Source: Octopus vulgaris
Taxonomy: Eukaryota
Reading direction: 5' to 3'
DNA length: 64,000 nucleotides
Assembly (NCBI GenBank): GCA_951406725.2
Contig: OX597836.1
Span: 49,910,001 to 49,974,000 of the forward strand
Shown: piece by piece, positions 51,491 to 64,000 of the stretch
How the letters are laid out: each line of letters opens with the position of its first letter
How positions within the stretch are numbered: position 1 is the first letter of the stretch
Position numbers and translations under genes: made by a program
Notes under the pieces: model-generated
Databases searched by the model: none
What the model saw: the letters and a program-made list of their open reading frames with translations, nothing else
What the model was told of the DNA's origin: nothing

Positions 51491-51704
51491 CTCTTTTACT
51501 TGTTTCAGTCATTTGACTGTGGCCATGCTGGAGCACCGCCTTTAGTCGAGCAAATCAACCCCAGGACTTTTTCTTTTTAAGCCTAGTACTTATTCTATTG
51601 GTCTCTTTTGCTGAACCGCTAAGTTACGGGGACATAAACACACCATCATCAGTTGTCAAGCGATGTTGTGTGTGTGTGTGGGGGGGACAAACACAAACAC
51701 ATAA

Positions 51705-51771
<67 letters not shown>

Positions 51772-51928
51772 CATATACGACGGGCTTCTTTCAGTTTCCG
51801 TTTACCAAATCCAATCACAAGGCTTTGGTCGGCCTGAGGCTATAGTAGAAGACACTTGCCCAAGGTGCCACACAGTGGGACTGAACCCAGAACCATGTGG
51901 TTGGTAAGCAAGCTACTTACCTGCACCT
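51491..51928 (-). mobile_element. CORE-type SINE
   Basis: Reverse-complement copy of the 46608-47013 family. Confidence 0.78.
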
Positions 51929-52418
51929 ATACATACATACTTTTTTGAATGCCTGTTACTTCGATAATTCTGCATTTTTAGTTTCACTTTTTCCATGACA
52001 GTAGATAAATTTTTTATTCCACAACGTATTTGTAATGGCTTCATGCAGGCAGAGCGTGGATTCAATCCTCGATTGCCAAATTTCAATCAACACTTCAACA
52101 GTGCTTTTCTCATAGTAAAGCAATAGTTTTTCTGTAAATGACAGCAGTTATACATTTCCCAGATGCCTTCGCTAAGCAGAATAATGTCTTTGCCTCTCGC
52201 CAACCTCTGACAGTCTTTCTCTCCAACCTCCGAAAACCCCTCTCAACAACCTCCAACAATCTTTCCCTCCCCCAGCTGACAGTTTTTTGTACTTTTTTGT
52301 CACGGAAAATACACCTTTTGTGGCAGTTATAACGAAATTGCTTTCTTATATAAGGCGTTTCAATAAAACATTTTTACCTCCGGGAATGACTGGGTACACC
52401 AGCTAGTATATATATATT

Positions 52419-52790
52419 TTCTTTTATTTGTTTCAGTCATTTGACTGTGGCCATGCTGGAGCACTGCCTTTAGTTGAACAAATCGACCCCAGGACTTCTT
52501 TTTTGTAAGCCTAGCTCTTATTCTATCAGTGTCTTTTGCCAAACCGCTAAGTTACAGGGATGTAAACACACCAACATCACTTGTCAAGCGATGGTGCGGG
52601 GACAAACACACACACACTTACATATACAATGGGCTTCTTTCAGTGTCTGCCTACCAAATCCACTCACAAGGCTTTGGTTGGCCCGAAGCTATAGAAGAAG
52701 ACACTTGCCCAAGGTATCATGCAGTGGGACTGAACCTGGAACCATGTGGTTGGTAAGCATGCTACTTGGCACAAACCCACTCCTCCGCCT
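52419..52790 (-). mobile_element. CORE-type SINE
   Basis: Reverse-complement copy of the 46608-47013 family. Confidence 0.75.
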
Positions 52791-54579
52791 ATATATATAA
52801 TATATATACATACACACGCATGCACACATTGTAATTATATAATGGCTTGTTGTTTCGGGTATGTAGAACATTGTACAGAATTACAGATGTGAATAGCATA
52901 GTAGTGGGGTATAATTATGAATATTTTATATAAAGCTTGTTGCTCCAAATGCAGGGTTTGTGTTGCTCTTTAGCTATGTTCATCCTGGTTCATTGCCTTT
53001 TGATGCTGTCTAATGTATGTGTGTGTATGTGATGGAAGTGAGACAAGTGATCTGGAAGAGGTGAGTCTGATGGGGGATTTGAATACACCTGTGTGTTGGA
53101 ACTACTTCTAGGAAATGCAAATAATGACACCTGTGACTTATCTGGGGCTATGAAACAGACCTGATTTTTCAGGCTGGGTGTTGTGTGTGGGGTTAGCAGC
53201 TTTGTTATGTAAAATATTTTTCTTGCCATCAGAAAGCAGAACAGGCTCCTATGTTCTGAGCAAGTTAGGTTCTCTGTATCAGAGACCATTACATCTTCTG
53301 GTCCAAGAATTTCTAGAAAAACTGGAAGACTGAAGGTGGAAAAGATTTCGTTGGACAGATGACCTGAAAATGTTGGAGCATGTACAAATGGATGGCTTAT
53401 GTCTTATAGATAACTGAAAGGCAAACAAGATATATCCATCCATCCACTTTTGCTGCCCACTATTCCTGAAAGGGTCATGGGGGTAGGGTCCTCAGGCACC
53501 TCCTCCATAGAAGCAACTGTCATTACACTTTTTGGCTGGATCCTCAAGTGTATCCAACTGAGACTATGGATGTCATCCAACCATCTCATTCTTAGTTCTA
53601 GGTCTCTTCTTGCCAGTTGGCCTGGCTTGAGGAATTCACCTTGTAATCCTTTCCTGTGACATTTTAACCAGAAGAAATGTGGAGCGCTTAATTGGAAGCA
53701 GTGAGTGGCAGCATAGGAAGGGATTTGTTGGTGGATTAATTTCTGAGAGAATCTTATGAATTGAGGAGCGAGATAATTCAACAAGGTTTATCGAGCTCTG
53801 CTTGACAAAAGACCATGGATTTTGGCTGCCTCAGTCGTTTTACAGGTCATGTGATGCATGTATTCTTTGCTCACCCTCTTCACAAATGCTGCTTGTCTCA
53901 AAGGACTCAAAGTCAAACAGAACACACTGGAAACCTTTTGCTTCAGTCAGTTTCATTAACCATTTCATACAACTGTGTTTTTATGTGATGCTGGTGATTC
54001 CACAACGTTTTTTCTTCTATTAAATCTTTGGGGAAGTTTATACATTTGAGTTTGGTGCATTAGATTTCTGGTACTTAAACTCATTACTGTATAAGCTAAC
54101 GAAACGTTAATCACACAATTTTTCACCTTTACAGATTGCAATGAGTGGCACCTTCTGGTTTAGCTATTCAAAACTAGGTAAGAGCGTGACGTTTCTCTCT
54201 TCACTTACTAATCCACAATATTGGTGACTATTGATCTCTAAAATCTACTATTTTACCCTCCTATATATTCTCTTGCTTTTCCGCCTCTTCTCTTTTCTCT
54301 CTCTCTTTCCATTCTTCCCCTCCTCCTCCCCCTTCAACTTATTTTTCTTCCTCTTACACTTTCTCACTCGTGCTCTCTCCTTTTCCCTCTCTCTCTCTCA
54401 TGTTCTTTTATTTAGAATCTTTTTCTCTCTTTATTTTTCCTCGTGTTCTCTTCTCTCTCTCTCCCTTACTCACTCTGTTGCTTTTCTCACACCCAACTTT
54501 CATTCATTCTCCTACCCTCCACCCTTTCCTATCTGTCGCTTCTCTGCCGATCTTCTTGTCTCCTTCATTTCCACCCTTC

Positions 54580-54621
<42 letters not shown>

Positions 54622-55176
54622 TTTCGCCCAGTCTTTCTCATTTCTCTACCTCGTTTTCGCTTCGTTTCAAGTGCTTGTCTCTCTCTCTCACCGCACAGTT
54701 CCGTTGTCATTTGGAACATGTTTCATCTGATTTATGGACACTTGTGCCGTTGATACCCATCGCATACACGGACATACAGCTGCCTGAACACGCACTCCTC
54801 TGCATCCATCCATCACTCTTAACCAGTTGCAGCCGGTGTGTATACCATGCACTCCAACACTCCGTTGTCCTTTTCTCTGCTTGCCGTTTACCCGGATATC
54901 TGGTGTATGACGGACATGTTTCGGAAGATGAACAGTATTTCAGCCGTAAATTAGAAGAGGAGGAGGACGTGGAAACACATACCATAACCCACACAGACAG
55001 ACTCCGGGTAAGGTCTAGTGTTCTTCATATGTAGTGCTTCACACCACCTGTGCTCGCGCCCGCGCACACACACACACACACACTATAGCATCCATACATA
55101 CACACACGAGCGTCACAAGGTGTAGTGCTGCGTGAAAAGGACTTCCACGCGATGCATACACTCACAGCATACGTTC

Positions 55177-55209
<33 letters not shown>

Positions 55210-56590
55210 ATCTCTCTATCTATCATCAATGTGTGTGTGTGTGTGTCAACACAGATACGGGCAAATACGCGCCGCCGCCACCGTCATAGTTGTCATCATC
55301 GCCATCAGCTTCATCATACATCAAATATGAAGTAGTTATATATTTCCTTGCAACATAATTTTGTGTAGAATAGGAGTAGCCAAGTTTCAAGACTTTCTGC
55401 TTCTATGTGTGTGGAAAGAGAGAGAGAGAGAGAGATGAAATGAAGGAAGAGAGCATGATTGTCACTGCATCCCAATCCAAACTTGCCATCACTCCTTATT
55501 CCAGTCATTATAATTTCTTGGCACCCACCTACTTCCACTTAAAACAGTAGCATTTATACTATTTTACATTTAAAAAAAACAACAACATTTCGTCTATTTA
55601 GACCTCCAATCCCCTTACTTTTTCAACCCGCTCCTCTTTAACATCCCCTCCTCATCATCTATCCCCTGTAGAAATATCATCATCATCATTATTATTATTA
55701 TTATTAATTGATATTTATTGTTTTTAAAATGTGTGTCACAGGTATAATCATATCGAATTCTTTCAGTTGGTCTTCTTTCGAATCTTCTCATATACCAAAT
55801 ATTGTTGACTGTGAGAGTGTTTAGTATATTTTCTCTACAATACAAATGCTTAGCAAGGAAGTGGTAATATAGTGCCTGTAATACAAGATTACACAGTAAT
55901 TTGTTTGTTATATATGAATGCGAGCGCGCAATCAGATGTGTGTGTCGGAATGTTGGTCTGAAATTGTATGTATGCGCTTGTTGCCCTATCATGTGTATTA
56001 ATTCAAGTTCGACCTTAAAAAAATAAAATTAAAAAAAGCAAACATATATAATGTAAGCAATATCATGTAATCAATTCTTAATTAGGTACTTTTTTAATTA
56101 TAGTGGATTTGAAATGAGAAAATAGTTTTATTCTCACTGTTCTTGCGTAAAACTTATTTATTAACCCCCCCCCCCTTAATGAACAAAACTACATAATGTG
56201 GTATGAGAGAGTTTCAGACTATTTTGTGTAGCCACATGAGGAACGCTTTTGAACCTGAATTTATAATTCTTGAGAAAATAATTATTGATCAGATGTTCTT
56301 ATTTCTCCCATCACTTTTTCACTTCTAACATATTTTAACGAACCTTCTTTTCGTCTAAATATTTACTTTCGAGTTTTTTGTTCGACACTTAAGACCTCCT
56401 CTCTCCTTTTAATGACCGTCAACTGCAGATGGCTAAGTACCATAAGCTCGTCTGTGATTCATGTCCCGTCACCGACGCTCTCACATCTGACCATTTAACA
56501 TTGCCAAGGGGCCTCATCTCAACTCATTTTATTTGCAATTCGTTATCACAGAATAGGTAGAACTGAAGCCCTCACCGAACTTCACAATTC

Positions 56591-56703
<113 letters not shown>

Positions 56704-57797
56704 TGCTTTGCGAATCAAGGATTAAAATAAACGAGTAATTCATGTCAGGTAACGTAGATATTTCGTCTCCCAGTTACTGGTTGTCTGCTGTTTACTTGGA
56801 AGAACTACGGCAATGGGGGAAAGTATGATTGATCCACAGCTGAACTCACCAACCACGCATCCTATCTAACCTTTGTGTGTGTACGTTTGCATGATCATCA
56901 TCGTCTTCATGTTCGCTTTTCCATGCTGGCATGAGTCGGACGGAATTTTCTACAGCCGGATGCCTTCCCTGTCGCCAATCTCCACCTGGTTTCAAGTAAG
57001 GTAATATTTCCTCATGGCGAGACATGTTTTTCACGGAATACTCGGAACAGAGGACACCGCTTGCATGACGGTGACACTCGCGTAAAACTATCATGCGATG
57101 TGAAGGCAAAGAGACAGTAGCACACACATACACGCACAGAGTTAGATATAGATGGGCTTCTTTCAGTTCCCGTCTGCCAAATCTACTCACAAGGCTTCGA
57201 TTGACTCAGGGCTATAGTAGTAGACACTTGCCCAAGGTGTCACACAGTGGGACTGAACCCTCAACGCATGTGGCTGGGAAGCGAGCTTCTTACCACACAG
57301 CCACGCCTGTGCGCGCACCCGAGTTATTAGCTTAAACCAGACGAAGCTGGGCTTCCTCTGACTTTTCAGGGTTTCTGTGACTGGCAAGAGAAGGTTATCT
57401 TCAAACTGGAGACCTGGACGAAATGCTTCCATCTGCGAACTCCTAAAACCCCTCAAAGATCATTTAACCAATGTTCAAATATATTCATAACTTGTGTAAT
57501 CTATACTAAGCCGAACTGCAGGCATTTGGCTACATCTTGTTTTTTCTTCTCTTATGTAAGTTTTCCTTAACATACTTGTAATGTATTTTATACAGATGAA
57601 AAATTCCCTTGTCACTTTGGGTTCGATTGTTAAAACTAAAACCCTATTCGCCCATCTAAAGTTTACCTTTGCGCTATTGGGGGAGGAAGAGATGTGACAG
57701 TTTCTGTTAAATGACATATGACCAAAGACTGTTGAGCGGGAGGTGTCAGTACATGATGAACAACACTACGTGCACAAACTCAACAAGATTATAATCT

Positions 57798-58027
57798 GTT
57801 TCTTTACTACCCACAAGGGGCTAAACACAGAGGGGACAAACAAGGACAGACAAACGGATTAAGTCGATTATATCGACCCCAGTGCGTAACTGGTACTTAA
57901 TTTATCAACCCCGAAAGGATGAAAGGCAAAGTCGACCTCGGCGGAATTTGAACTCAGAACGTAGCGACAGACGAAATACTGCAAAGCATTTCGCCCGGCG
58001 CGCTAACGTTTCTGCCAGATCGCCGCC
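57798..58027 (-). mobile_element. SINE, second family, CpG-intact
   Basis: Near-consensus reverse-complement copy ending gctaacgtttctgccagatcgccgcc. Confidence 0.8.
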
Positions 58028-61000
58028 TTGTAACAAGATTATAATCGTTGACGCTGTATTTAACATGTATATATAAATGTGTGTGTACATAAATTATAAT
58101 TATTGCATTTCTTCCGGTTCTTAACATCCTGAGTTCAAATCCTGCCGAGATTGAACTTCACCTTTCACGCCCCCCCTGCGGGGTGGTGGTCGATAGAATA
58201 AAGTACCAATGAAGTACTGCAGTCGATGTAATCGATTTACTCCCCCAACCACATCCCCCTAAAATTGCTGCTCTTGTCGTGACCATCTGGTCTTTTTTGC
58301 ATATTCTTAACTATATTACCCCAGCCCACTCCCGCCATTGTAATTTGATGTAGATTTGGCTATTATTTCCAGTAGGTCTCGAAGGACAAATGGATTTTCA
58401 GTGTTTAGTGTAGTCACGTTATGAGTTCAAATTCTCCTGAAGTCGATCGACTTCGTCATTCATTCTTCCCAGATCGTTAAAACAGGTATTAGTGAAGTAC
58501 TGAGATCAATATGATTGATTATCCTTGTGGGTCTTGTACCTGTATTATAAAATATTTCTTGAAGTCGCAGGGGTCTGTGCATTGACAGAATCGTCAGAGC
58601 ACCGAAACAAATACTTGGCGGGGCTTCTTCCGGCTCTTTACATTCTGTGTTCAAATTCTGCCGGAGTTGATTTTGTCTTTCTTCCTTTCGGGTTCGATAA
58701 ATTAAATAAGTTCCACTTGAGCAGTGGATGTAATCGATGAGCCCCCCCCGCCCCCCGCACCAAAGGCGATGGAGCGTCAGATCAATTGGTTTTAATTTAC
58801 GTTCACTCCTTTACCTCGCTGCTTTCGTACCAGTCATATACTGGAGTCGATGCAATTAACTGACACATCCTACAAATTTGTGACATGGCATAATGGCGTA
58901 GCTAATGTGTGCTGCATAGGACCACCCTAGAATTTGTCATCTTCATGCCTCCCCTTATACTGGTTTTTACAGTTGACCCAAAAGGGCCTCCCGCAGCGGA
59001 TGCCCCCAAACCCAGTGCAATGGACATGACAGAGCTCGGAATTTTGTTTCATTTTTCGTTCCTTTACTTTCCGATGTCAAATTCTTTCCGGGTTCGATTT
59101 TTGTTCTTCGTTGCTCTGGCATCACAATAAGATTACGTAGAAGTTATTATTTAACCCCAGGTCTGATCTGGTCGAGCGGAACTGTGGTCAAAGACATTTC
59201 GAAGTTGTATTGCACAATGTTAAAGCATTAGGGCTTGTTTGATTCAAGATAGATTTGATAGATTTTGGTTGCTATTTCTAGCGAGTCGAGTGACCATATA
59301 GAAGCTCCCTGGTTCCGTCGTTGATGTTGTTGTTTATAACTTCTTGTCGGTTGTGGTCCTTGACTAAAGACATTCCAGCGGCACCCACGCCTTTTATCTT
59401 TTACTAGATTGTGGTCGTATTGAGACACCACCTTGAAGAGGTTGGTTGAACCAATTCACCCCTGGTGCTTATCTTAAAGTTTGGTACTTATTCTATCGCT
59501 TTTTTTTTGCCAAACTTCTAAATTACAGTGACGTAAACAAACCAACACTGGTTGTCAAGTGGTGGTGGGTGACAAACACATACATATACGACGGGCTTCC
59601 ACACTGTTCCCGCCTACCAAATTCGCTCTCAAGTCATTAGTTGATTCGGGGCTTTATTAATAGACACTTGTCCAAGGTGATGTCACGCATGGAAATGGAT
59701 GCAAAGCAAGGCTCGTATTTAAGGGTGTTTGGCCCCTTATTAACCTTGATCAGAGCTGATTGATTTGTGATCTAAAGTGATTGAGTCGTGAGTCCAATGT
59801 TTTTTTCTTCATGCAAAGCAGTCAAGTGTTGAGGGAAATTCAGATGCTATTTCTAGCAGGTCGAGCGACTACGTTAGGATCTCCTTCGCTTCGTTGCTGT
59901 TGTGGATATAAATTTATGAACAGAAGTGTCTTCAGTTTTCACTTTGTGCTAGATTTCGGGAATAAGAAAGTCTGCGACACGAAAAACTTAATTACTGCAG
60001 TGTGTGTGTGTGTGTGTGGTAAGACCAGGGTGGATCTGTCGACTTCTGCTGTATGCAACTTGTATAGTAAGAAAGAAAGGAAAGGAAAAAGCTGAGACCA
60101 TCCATCTTTTTAGGATTCTCTTAATGTCTCATTGTGTCTGAGAGAATCAGACTGGCCTTATTAAGAAGTCCGTTTCGCATTTACATGGGGTCTCGTTCAA
60201 TTCCACTCCAGTAACGTCTTCGTCAGATGCCTTTTTTTATTATAACTTCTGGTCGACCAGAATCTTGTGACAGAAATTTGGTAGAGGTGACAAATGCCCT
60301 GCAGCCAATCGCAAGGGCCGCTTCTACCCGTGATTTATAGATTTAATCCGTCATACGGTTCTGCACCAATCGCCAGATTCTTGGATGTATTTCTCACTTT
60401 GTTGCAAATATTCTGACCAGATGCAGTGGAGAAACTTGAGTGTGTGTTCCGCCTGGGGAGGCCCTTGAGTTTGCTGTTCCCTCCTCCCCATGCCCTCAAG
60501 CATATATAGGCTTATGCAGACCTAACAGTTACGCCCCTAATAAAAGCGTCGCCCGAGGCGCTTCGCCCTTCTCGCCCCCACCTAGTCAGCTATTGACCAA
60601 ATCCCCGCTCCGCCGGTCATGGAAACTTCTGAAAAGGGTTATGAGCACTGCTCTTCCTCTTTTGATTAAGCTTTTAAAACAATAAATATTGAACACTACG
60701 AGCTAACAACCACTAATGGGAAATAATGAGATGTGAACCACCACCGCCACCACCGTCTTCGTATTGCTATAAAATCCAACCACCAGAAAATTATGTGCCA
60801 CTGTATTGTCTGCTTTATTCGATTGATTGCTTCATTGTTCCACTCTGGCATCGCAGAAACGAAAGTTTGAATTTATTCTATCAATAATTATTAAGCTAAA
60901 TAATATTTCCCCCTCTCCCCCCTATCTCTCTCTGAAATGTCGCCTTTTTAGCAAGTTATTTGGATATTAACAAGCATTGCTTAATATTCAAATGTATGAA

Positions 61001-64000
61001 TACACGATCTGACGATATCACTTAAACGCAATACATATTTATGTGTTCACATAAATATGTATTGCAGTAGAATTATTGCACAATAGGGTTTTGTGGCGTT
61101 CATACCGTTCCGCTATCCCATTCCAGAATACATGCAAATGTTTCACTCACTCAGACTAGGGGCACACATACGTACACACACATGCAAAGAAACAGTGACT
61201 TCGAAGTCGCAGCTTGTTCGCCTTCATCACTGCGCTCTACTTTACCCTAAATCACAACAAAACCCAACTTTCTATACAAAGAATGTCGTGAGCTGCATTT
61301 GGCGCATCTGTTTATACCTTTACTTTCACGCCTGACTGATCCCTAAACAATAACAATTCCTGTATCAAACCAGAATAAATCTCGTTATAACTTTATATCA
61401 CCCTATACCCCACAATCACACTTTCTTTTCCTCCTCAGTTCTCCCCCTTCCTACACAGCTACTTTCCCTATTTACCCCACACCAGAAAATATCTTACCCA
61501 AAACCATATAAAGTCAATAAGAATCCAGGTTGAGTATGATGAAGGCAAGCAGGCCGAAACTTCCAAGATACTCTCAACCTTTTCCTTGTAGAAGTTGATA
61601 AATATGTTCTCTACTAAAATGTCTTGAGTCGGCCATCAGTTTAATGTTAAATTGTTTTTATGTGTAATTTCATATAAACACACACGCACTCGCGCGCGCT
61701 CTCTATTAATTTAGCAAAAAATATTCATTTTGGGCTTCTTTCAAACACAATCCACTTGTTTTTGAAAACTTTTCGCTACTTTTTATAAACTTGAATCTGT
61801 TGAACTTTTCTCTTTTCTTTTTTTTTAGTTTGTAATCATTTAAAACTAATTTGGAAATCTCTGTTGTGGGTTTTGTTAGAAAATCTCTTCCTTCTTAGTA
61901 TAAACTTCGCATAAAGCTACCGGGAACACGCATTCGCGCGCGCGCACACACACACACACACACAGTGACTCTTCTCCGCACCACTGCAGCAATGGACTGC
62001 ATCACTTCCTGCGGAGTGTAACTCGAGTGATGATGAGAGGTTAGAATGTCTCTACTTTCACTTTCGTCAATCGGTAGCTTGTATGATCTCGTTTTGGCGA
62101 CCGCAAGTTGGTAGAATCGTTAACGCCTCAGACTAAATGCTTAACGGCATTTCTTTCGGTTCTGTATATTCTGAGTTCAAATCTCGCCCAGGTCGACCTT
62201 GCTTCCTTTCTGGGATAGATAAAATAAGGACCACTGGGGTCGATGTAATCGATTTAGCCCCTCCCCTAAAATTGCTAGGCATCGACTTGTGATAAAAAAA
62301 AAATGTTCTTAGAAGAGATCCTTGAATTAAGGCTTTTTTTTTTCTTTAAATTTTAAAAGTCTCTGACTTACAATTAAGATGTGGTTGTGCCTAAATCCGG
62401 GGGTTGTTGCGGGCCCGCGCGCGTGCGCACGTAGCAAGATAAACTGTTTGCTTTAGGAGATAGGGTCTTAATAAGGAACTTCTCGTGCTTGGGATGGATG
62501 TGGATTGTATCGGATCGTTTAGAATTGTTTTTCTTGTTTAATGAGGAAGACATGGCACTCGACTGTGAAATAAAATCATATCAATTATTCTGATGTTATT
62601 AATAATGTTTGTAGCAGTTTTATAATTTGAAACCAATGAACACAATAGTCTTCACACGTTATTGTCTTCATTCGTTTAAAATATAATACATATATGATAT
62701 AATATATATATATGATATAATACATATATGATATAATATATATATAATATAAATAAGATATAACAACTTCCTCTCAATTGATAGCCGAAAAATAAATTTT
62801 AAAAAAATCCTTCGATAAAGAGTCCTCTCCGGTTACCAGACATAAAATAACCTGTGATAGATGTGTGAATGTGGAGATATTAACCCAAGGATCGCCGAGA
62901 CGAAAGGTTGGTAGTGGTTACTAAAACTCTGATTCTCTTCAGGGGAAGGATTCAACTCAGAGCAGCTTTAAACCCTTTTGTTCCGCCTCAAGGTAAATTA
63001 ACTTGTTTAATTTTGTGAATAGTTTTTACTGTATTGCTGTCACAGCTCAGCATTCGTTTCGTCGGATTTTGAATGTAACGATCAAGACACGATGTCGTAA
63101 CCGGACCAAATAGTAGTCGGGCTGTTTTGCTGTTGTTGGAAACAGGTTTTATATAATGTGTAATATTGACAAGAGGCGACCTTCAGATCCCATGTTTTGT
63201 GTATGTAAATGTAGTGTTTTTAGTCTAGTGTTCAGCTTATTTCCCAATAATCAACATTCGAATAGATGTTAGTCGTTAGTCTATGCACTGACATCACCAC
63301 TTATTCCGATATTCCAATAATTAAACTTTCCGAACAGTTCCTTCTGTATTCGTTTTAGTTCTTTAGTTTGGCACCGAGGAGCACGAGTTAGGAACTGTCA
63401 TGCTGTTCTCCCCCCCCCCTTCCCGTTAAGTATTTATTTGTCTGCTCCACCGAACAGCCGAACGAACGTTCGATCCACGAAATTTCGCTTCCACTTCTAC
63501 AGTGAGCTTTCTCCACCTCTACGATGTCTACTTGCCAACTGTTTTAGCGTTGTCTCATGACCCACTCTTAATCTAGAATACTAACACAGATGCCTACATA
63601 GACAGACACATATACGCACTTACAGATGGGCACACGTGATTCCGTACTATTGTTAGCACAACAGATCGTATATAATAAATACTCCAGCCACTGCTTCGCT
63701 CTCTAAATCATTGCTTTGTTTGATTTTAGTTTCAGATTAAAATTGCTATTAATCAGAGTAAAAACCAGACTCGGGAAACTGGCAGGGGTCTACCTCTGCA
63801 ACGATGAGTAATCGAAGGAAAGGCAGAAATATATATAATGTATATTTTATATATGTGAGGTATGTTTGCCATCACATTGTCGTGCAGTTACTGTTTATAC
63901 CTCGTTCAGAGATTTATTATATTATATTATATTATATATATATTTATATAATGAGGAAAAGAAAAAGGCCGGTACGAAAGAAAAGCTATCTTTATCTGGG

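Noticed and set aside
54231-54698. 5' half of the 267-aa ORF as a membrane protein
   Set aside because: It is a CT-rich low-complexity tract giving F/L/S runs by composition alone.

Overview
Eukaryotic, AT-rich, repeat-dense genomic DNA. The SINE, MITE and LINE repertoire suggests a coleoid cephalopod (Octopus-like); this is inference. The main feature is a spliced minus-strand DEK chromatin protein gene. Ten coding exons (37174 down to 701) were reconstructed by hand with GT-AG borders and consistent phases, giving 381 codons with SAP and DEK_C domains; the last exon lies left of the window. Its promoter at about 37190-37330 has YY1, CCAAT and E2F-like motifs. The introns hold a CR1-type LINE, two deleted piggyBac elements, a 6.8-kb inverted complex of a decayed Sola2-like transposon with a nested piggyBac, Gypsy and L1/Tx1 remnants, MITEs and many SINEs. 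The region 37.5-64 kb is mostly repeats and microsatellites, with an RTE LINE 3' end, Penelope-type minimal hammerhead ribozyme motifs (best at 48037-48078) and possible plus-strand orphan exons near 54-55 kb. Most entries in the ORF track are spurious. Repeat boundaries are approximate unless terminal inverted repeats (TIRs) or target-site duplications (TSDs) are quoted.
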